A stretch of DNA of 64,000 nucleotides from a virus (taxonomy: Duplodnaviria; Caudoviricetes): IMG/VR virus record IMGVR_UViG_3300027286_000002, one strand, 5' to 3'. Shown in pieces: positions 60,538 through 64,000 of this stretch. Below the pieces are notes generated by a model. That model worked only from the letters and a program-made list of their open reading frames with translations, had not been told where the DNA came from and ran no database searches. Position 1 is the stretch's first letter. Each line of letters opens with the position of its first letter. Made by a program: the position numbers and the translations under genes.

Positions 60538-60948
60538 ATGGCAAAGTTATCTACTCTTAAAAATAGATTAAAGAAAGCGAATGAAATGCTTTCACATACC
60601 ATGTTTGATGAATATGATTTTAATCAAGATCAAATGATTGGTCGTGATGAATGGGAAGGCAATGATGATATGTTTTCTTTATTAGATAGCAATAAAGATG
60701 AATATCTTGATTCAGATGAAATTTCTCAAGGTGTTGGTCAATCTTTTTCTCGTTATGCGAAAGATGAAGAATATTTAACACCACAAGAAATTGCAGATAT
60801 TATGGGTGGTACTTTAGTGTCTGTTAAGCCTGCTAAAACTGCTCGTACTAAAAAAGCAGAAAGTGAAAGATATTTAACACCACAAGAGATCGCTGATATT
60901 ATGGGTGGTAAACTTGTATCTGTTAAGACTGCTCGTAAAAGATTTTAA
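60538..60948 (+). CDS. EF-hand-like protein with basic leader and a duplicated C-terminal 20 aa motif
   Basis: DFNQDQMIGRDE and DSNKDEYLDSDE loops; YLTPQEIADIMGG.LVSVK twice, 99 bp apart. Confidence 0.7.
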   Translation: MAKLSTLKNRLKKANEMLSHTMFDEYDFNQDQMIGRDEWEGNDDMFSLLDSNKDEYLDSDEISQGVGQSFSRYAKDEEYLTPQEIADIMGGTLVSVKPAKTARTKKAESERYLTPQEIADIMGGKLVSVKTARKRF

Positions 60949-61017
60949 TATTAAATTTATATTTTAATCCTTGTTTGTTATAAAAAACATTCACTTAAAA
61001 AACAAGGATGGTCAAAA

Positions 61018-62001
61018 ATGAATCGCTCTCAAACGATTGCTACTTTATATAAGTTATCTTTCCAAACACCTAAAGGTCATTCTTTAAGACAGGCTTGTCT
61101 TATTGCTATGGGTAAAGTTCGTGTTGCTAGTGATGCCAAAGTTGAAACTATTGTTGAAGATTTAGCTGATGCACCTAAAGATGTTCAGAATGAAGCTAAA
61201 TTAAATCTAGTTGCTGAAGCTATGGTTTCTACTGTAGAAGAACATGAAAAGAAACTTGCACCTAAAGGTCTAAATAAAATCAAAGCATGGATTAAAAAAC
61301 ATAGTGTTACTATTCAAAATATCCAAAATAAAAACTTTGCTGTAGTATCTGCTCCTGTTGATGCAGTTTCTATTGCTTTTGAGGTTATTGATCTTAATCT
61401 CAATAAAACAAAAAGTGGTGGCGATATTTCAGGTACTATTGCTTTTATTGCATCTGTTCTTTCTGCTGAAAGTGCTGAAGATCTTTTAAAAGCTGAAAGT
61501 AAAGAATGGGAAAAATTTAAACCTTATCTACCTACTTTCTTAGGTTTAGGTGCAGTCGCTGTTGAAGAAAATTGGATCAGTATCCAAAAATATGCTTTGA
61601 AATATGGATATGAAGCTCTTCATGCTGTTGAAATGTGGTTGCATGGTGCATCTTGGTTAAAAGTAGCAGGTGCTGTTGCAGGATCTTTTGCAGTCATTTT
61701 GACTCTTTGTCTTTTGTTCGGATCACATAATGTTTATATGCTCTTGAAAAAAGCCGCCGCTTTGGTATTTGGTCTACCTATGGCTGTTATTAATGATGTC
61801 CTTAGTGCTGTCAAATGGGGATATAATAAAGTTAAAGGTATCTTTGATGATGCAGGTGCTAAACTTAAAGCATGGTGGGATGAAGAAGAAGAAACTGTTG
61901 TTAAGAAAACTGCCAATCGTCTTGTTATCCGTGAATTTAAAAAACTCGCTATGCAAGATGAAAAATTCTATCGTTTAGCCTCTCAAACATTTGCTCTTTA
62001 A
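61018..62001 (+). CDS. Hydrophobic hypothetical protein with basic leader (RVAS) and trailer (KKTAN..KLA); paralog of 36956
   Basis: Leader SLRQACL resembles ALQKACL of 36956; shared C-terminal block. Confidence 0.8.
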   Translation: MNRSQTIATLYKLSFQTPKGHSLRQACLIAMGKVRVASDAKVETIVEDLADAPKDVQNEAKLNLVAEAMVSTVEEHEKKLAPKGLNKIKAWIKKHSVTIQNIQNKNFAVVSAPVDAVSIAFEVIDLNLNKTKSGGDISGTIAFIASVLSAESAEDLLKAESKEWEKFKPYLPTFLGLGAVAVEENWISIQKYALKYGYEALHAVEMWLHGASWLKVAGAVAGSFAVILTLCLLFGSHNVYMLLKKAAALVFGLPMAVINDVLSAVKWGYNKVKGIFDDAGAKLKAWWDEEEETVVKKTANRLVIREFKKLAMQDEKFYRLASQTFAL

Positions 62002-62057
62002 TATTCTTTTAATTAAATCCTGTCTTTTATAATATTATCAATAAAGGATTTAATTTT

Positions 62058-62774
62058 ATGTCAAGAGGAAGATTAGCACCTAGTCTTAATGCTAGATCTA
62101 AAGGTCTAGTAGATATGTCTTTAAAAAATGATTTACTTAGAGCAATGGATCAAATTGAAGTAGCTGGTGCTAGTAATGTCACTACTGCCTATAATAATCC
62201 CAAATCTATGTTTACTGTTAAAGTTGGATCTTCTTTCCGATCTATCACTATTAAAACTACTAAAACTTTAGCTGATGAAAATAATAGAGATTTAACAAGA
62301 TGGATTTTTGATCCAAATGACTATGCAGATACACTACCTGTTAATCCATTAGACACTAAACTTCCATCGGATACTGATGTTCTTTATATCCGTGTTCGTG
62401 GAAAATATAGACATAACCAACAATGGTCTGATTATGGACCCATCATTTGTGTTCCACCATTTGATTTCTTTACTACTGCTCATCCTGTCTTTACCTTTAC
62501 AGGTACTGCACCTGCTTTAGCTGATGAACCTGATGTAATGGATTTTGGTACAATGAATATTCATTTACCTTATTTCTCACATACCATTAGTGTTTTGAAT
62601 TTAGATGATACAGATTCAAGTTATGTTGCTTTTCACCCGGGCATGAATCCTACCATCATTAGACCTTATGGTGAAATTGGTTTAACAGGTGGTGGAGCAC
62701 CCGAACTGTTTATTGCAGGTGCAGGTGATGAAATTAGATTTACTGTTAGAATGGTTTTAGTAAATCATTCTTAA
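62058..62774 (+). CDS. Hypothetical beta-rich protein, probably virion structural
   Basis: AAAGGA RBS; beta-strand-rich composition. Confidence 0.65.
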   Translation: MSRGRLAPSLNARSKGLVDMSLKNDLLRAMDQIEVAGASNVTTAYNNPKSMFTVKVGSSFRSITIKTTKTLADENNRDLTRWIFDPNDYADTLPVNPLDTKLPSDTDVLYIRVRGKYRHNQQWSDYGPIICVPPFDFFTTAHPVFTFTGTAPALADEPDVMDFGTMNIHLPYFSHTISVLNLDDTDSSYVAFHPGMNPTIIRPYGEIGLTGGGAPELFIAGAGDEIRFTVRMVLVNHS

Positions 62775-62830
62775 TAAACATTTAATAATTATTCTTTAAT
62801 AAGAAAGATTATACAAAAGGAGATACCGAA

Positions 62831-63511
62831 ATGCCTTATGTGCTACCAAGAAGAACTGACTTGCAAGATGGTGCAATTCAAATCAAAGATTTGTTTTTCA
62901 ATAAATCTCAATATAAACCTGCTACTGAACCTTATCCACAGGGTCCTCTTTATGTTCGTGCATCTGATTTAAACATGAAAGGTCATACTGCACCTATCAT
63001 TGTATCTAATGGTGATGAAAGATCATTTCTTAGAGATACTCATGGCTTACTCGCTTATGTTCTCGTTTATGTAGATAATGATGCTACTGCTTTGACAAAA
63101 GCACAAGCTATTGCTGTTGTTGAAGCTATTCAACAAGAAGTTATTGATGGCAATGCTCTTGATGATATTGAAGCTATTGTTGAAAATATCAATGGTGATT
63201 ACACTTTCAATGGCAGTACAGAAGATGTTCTTCGTATTTTAGCAGGTGATAAGTTTGAATTTAATGCAGGTGTTAAATTCCAAGATGACAATGGTGATTA
63301 TGTTGTACCTATGGGTGTAGGTAGTTTTTCTACACCTAATGATAGAAAACTTATCAATGGCGATACTACTTGGGAAACTAGCCTTTCTGAAGGTGAACTT
63401 TACCAATATTCTACTAATGTGAAAACCTATGCAGGTAAAACACAATTAGATTCAGCTGATAATGAAATCCCTTTAATCATCGTTTACCAAAACGATGGAA
63501 CTTTAGCTTAA
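62831..63511 (+). CDS. Probable virion structural protein, paralog of 63539
   Basis: RRTDLQDG.IQIKDL...SQY.P..EP.PQGP.Y shared with the next gene. Confidence 0.7.
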   Translation: MPYVLPRRTDLQDGAIQIKDLFFNKSQYKPATEPYPQGPLYVRASDLNMKGHTAPIIVSNGDERSFLRDTHGLLAYVLVYVDNDATALTKAQAIAVVEAIQQEVIDGNALDDIEAIVENINGDYTFNGSTEDVLRILAGDKFEFNAGVKFQDDNGDYVVPMGVGSFSTPNDRKLINGDTTWETSLSEGELYQYSTNVKTYAGKTQLDSADNEIPLIIVYQNDGTLA

Positions 63512-63538
63512 TCCTTTAATGGATATGGAGTAAAAATT

Positions 63539-64000
63539 ATGTTTATTACTTTGAAAAGAACTGACATTCCTAATGGAACTTTGCTAATCCGTGACTTGTG
63601 GCCCAACCAATCACAATATAATCCTGTGATTGATCCTCTTCCACAGGGTCCTTTCTATCTTAGCAATCCTTCTAATAACACTGTTGCTACTAAATCTAAT
63701 GGTGATCAAAGAACTATTAGTAAAACCACTACAGGTTTAAGTGCTTATCTTATTGCTACTATTGAAGGTGATGTTGTTGCACCTGATAATTTAGCTATGA
63801 CTGCCACTGAAGCTAATAACTCTGCTAATGCTATTATTGCTCGTATGCAAGCTGGTAATGGTCTTACTGTTGCTGAAGTGAATGTTATTCTCAAAGCACA
63901 AATTGCAGGTGCTGAAAATAGAGGTATTGGCGAAGGCAATTCTACAGGTAGATTAGTAGATATTCTTGCTATCCTTGCAGGTGCTACCTTTACTTTGCCT
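63539..64000 (+). CDS. Probable virion structural protein (runs off the right edge), paralog of 62831; absent from the ORF track
   Basis: GGAG RBS; MFITLKRTDIPNGTLLIRDLWPNQSQYNPVIDPLPQGPFY..., open to 64000. Confidence 0.8.
   Translation, partial: MFITLKRTDIPNGTLLIRDLWPNQSQYNPVIDPLPQGPFYLSNPSNNTVATKSNGDQRTISKTTTGLSAYLIATIEGDVVAPDNLAMTATEANNSANAIIARMQAGNGLTVAEVNVILKAQIAGAENRGIGEGNSTGRLVDILAILAGATFTLP

Noticed and set aside
4889-62790. Late promoter consensus of the form AATA-N5-TTTA in intergenic gaps
   Set aside because: It recurs upstream of several genes but with variable spacing and cannot be distinguished from AT-rich background without a statistical test
1-64000. CRISPR array, tRNA, rRNA or IS/transposase
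   Set aside because: Intergenic gaps are short; no regularly spaced repeats, no cloverleaf with T-loop and acceptor stem, no rRNA-like GC-rich tracts and no DDE motifs seen
1-64000. Stop-codon reassignment (alternative genetic code)
   Set aside because: Long genes are intact under the standard code, and TAA, TAG and TGA all terminate genes at plausible junctions
1-64000. Apparent GATC abundance as a Dam signal
   Set aside because: Can be explained by frequent GAT (Asp) codons followed by C; needs a codon-aware count

Overview
AT-rich (roughly 30% GC by eye), densely coding 64 kb segment of a large contractile-tailed (jumbo-type) bacteriophage genome. It contains a bacterial-style replication set: DnaN clamp, DnaB helicase, a degenerate DnaC-like loader, and a DnaG primase apparently split into separate CHC2 zinc-finger and TOPRIM genes 12 kb apart. 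There are two SNF2-type helicases (one a 1948 aa fusion with a GNAT-like domain) and an extended UvrD. The tail module runs tube, chaperones, tape measure, two tube-like baseplate proteins, a hub with an inserted CHAP-like domain, and a spike. Auxiliary enzymes include SpeD-like decarboxylase, IMPDH/GMP reductase family protein, beta-class DNA methyltransferase, SLT, Ntn-hydrolase and gamma-glutamylcyclotransferase. A 1701 aa secreted PKD/Ig-repeat protein with a MYXO-CTERM-like tail points to a Myxococcota-related host. Main novel signals: (1) a shared short basic helical peptide ending in [KR]-x-A-[SNG] on about a dozen unrelated proteins, a candidate capsid-loading/maturation tag; (2) synonymous-codon avoidance of CCWGG and GCWGC; (3) a thrice-repeated promoter-like motif; (4) an RBS-occluding hairpin; (5) two structured intergenic elements. 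No tRNA, rRNA, CRISPR array or transposase was seen. All family assignments come from motif recognition, not database searches.
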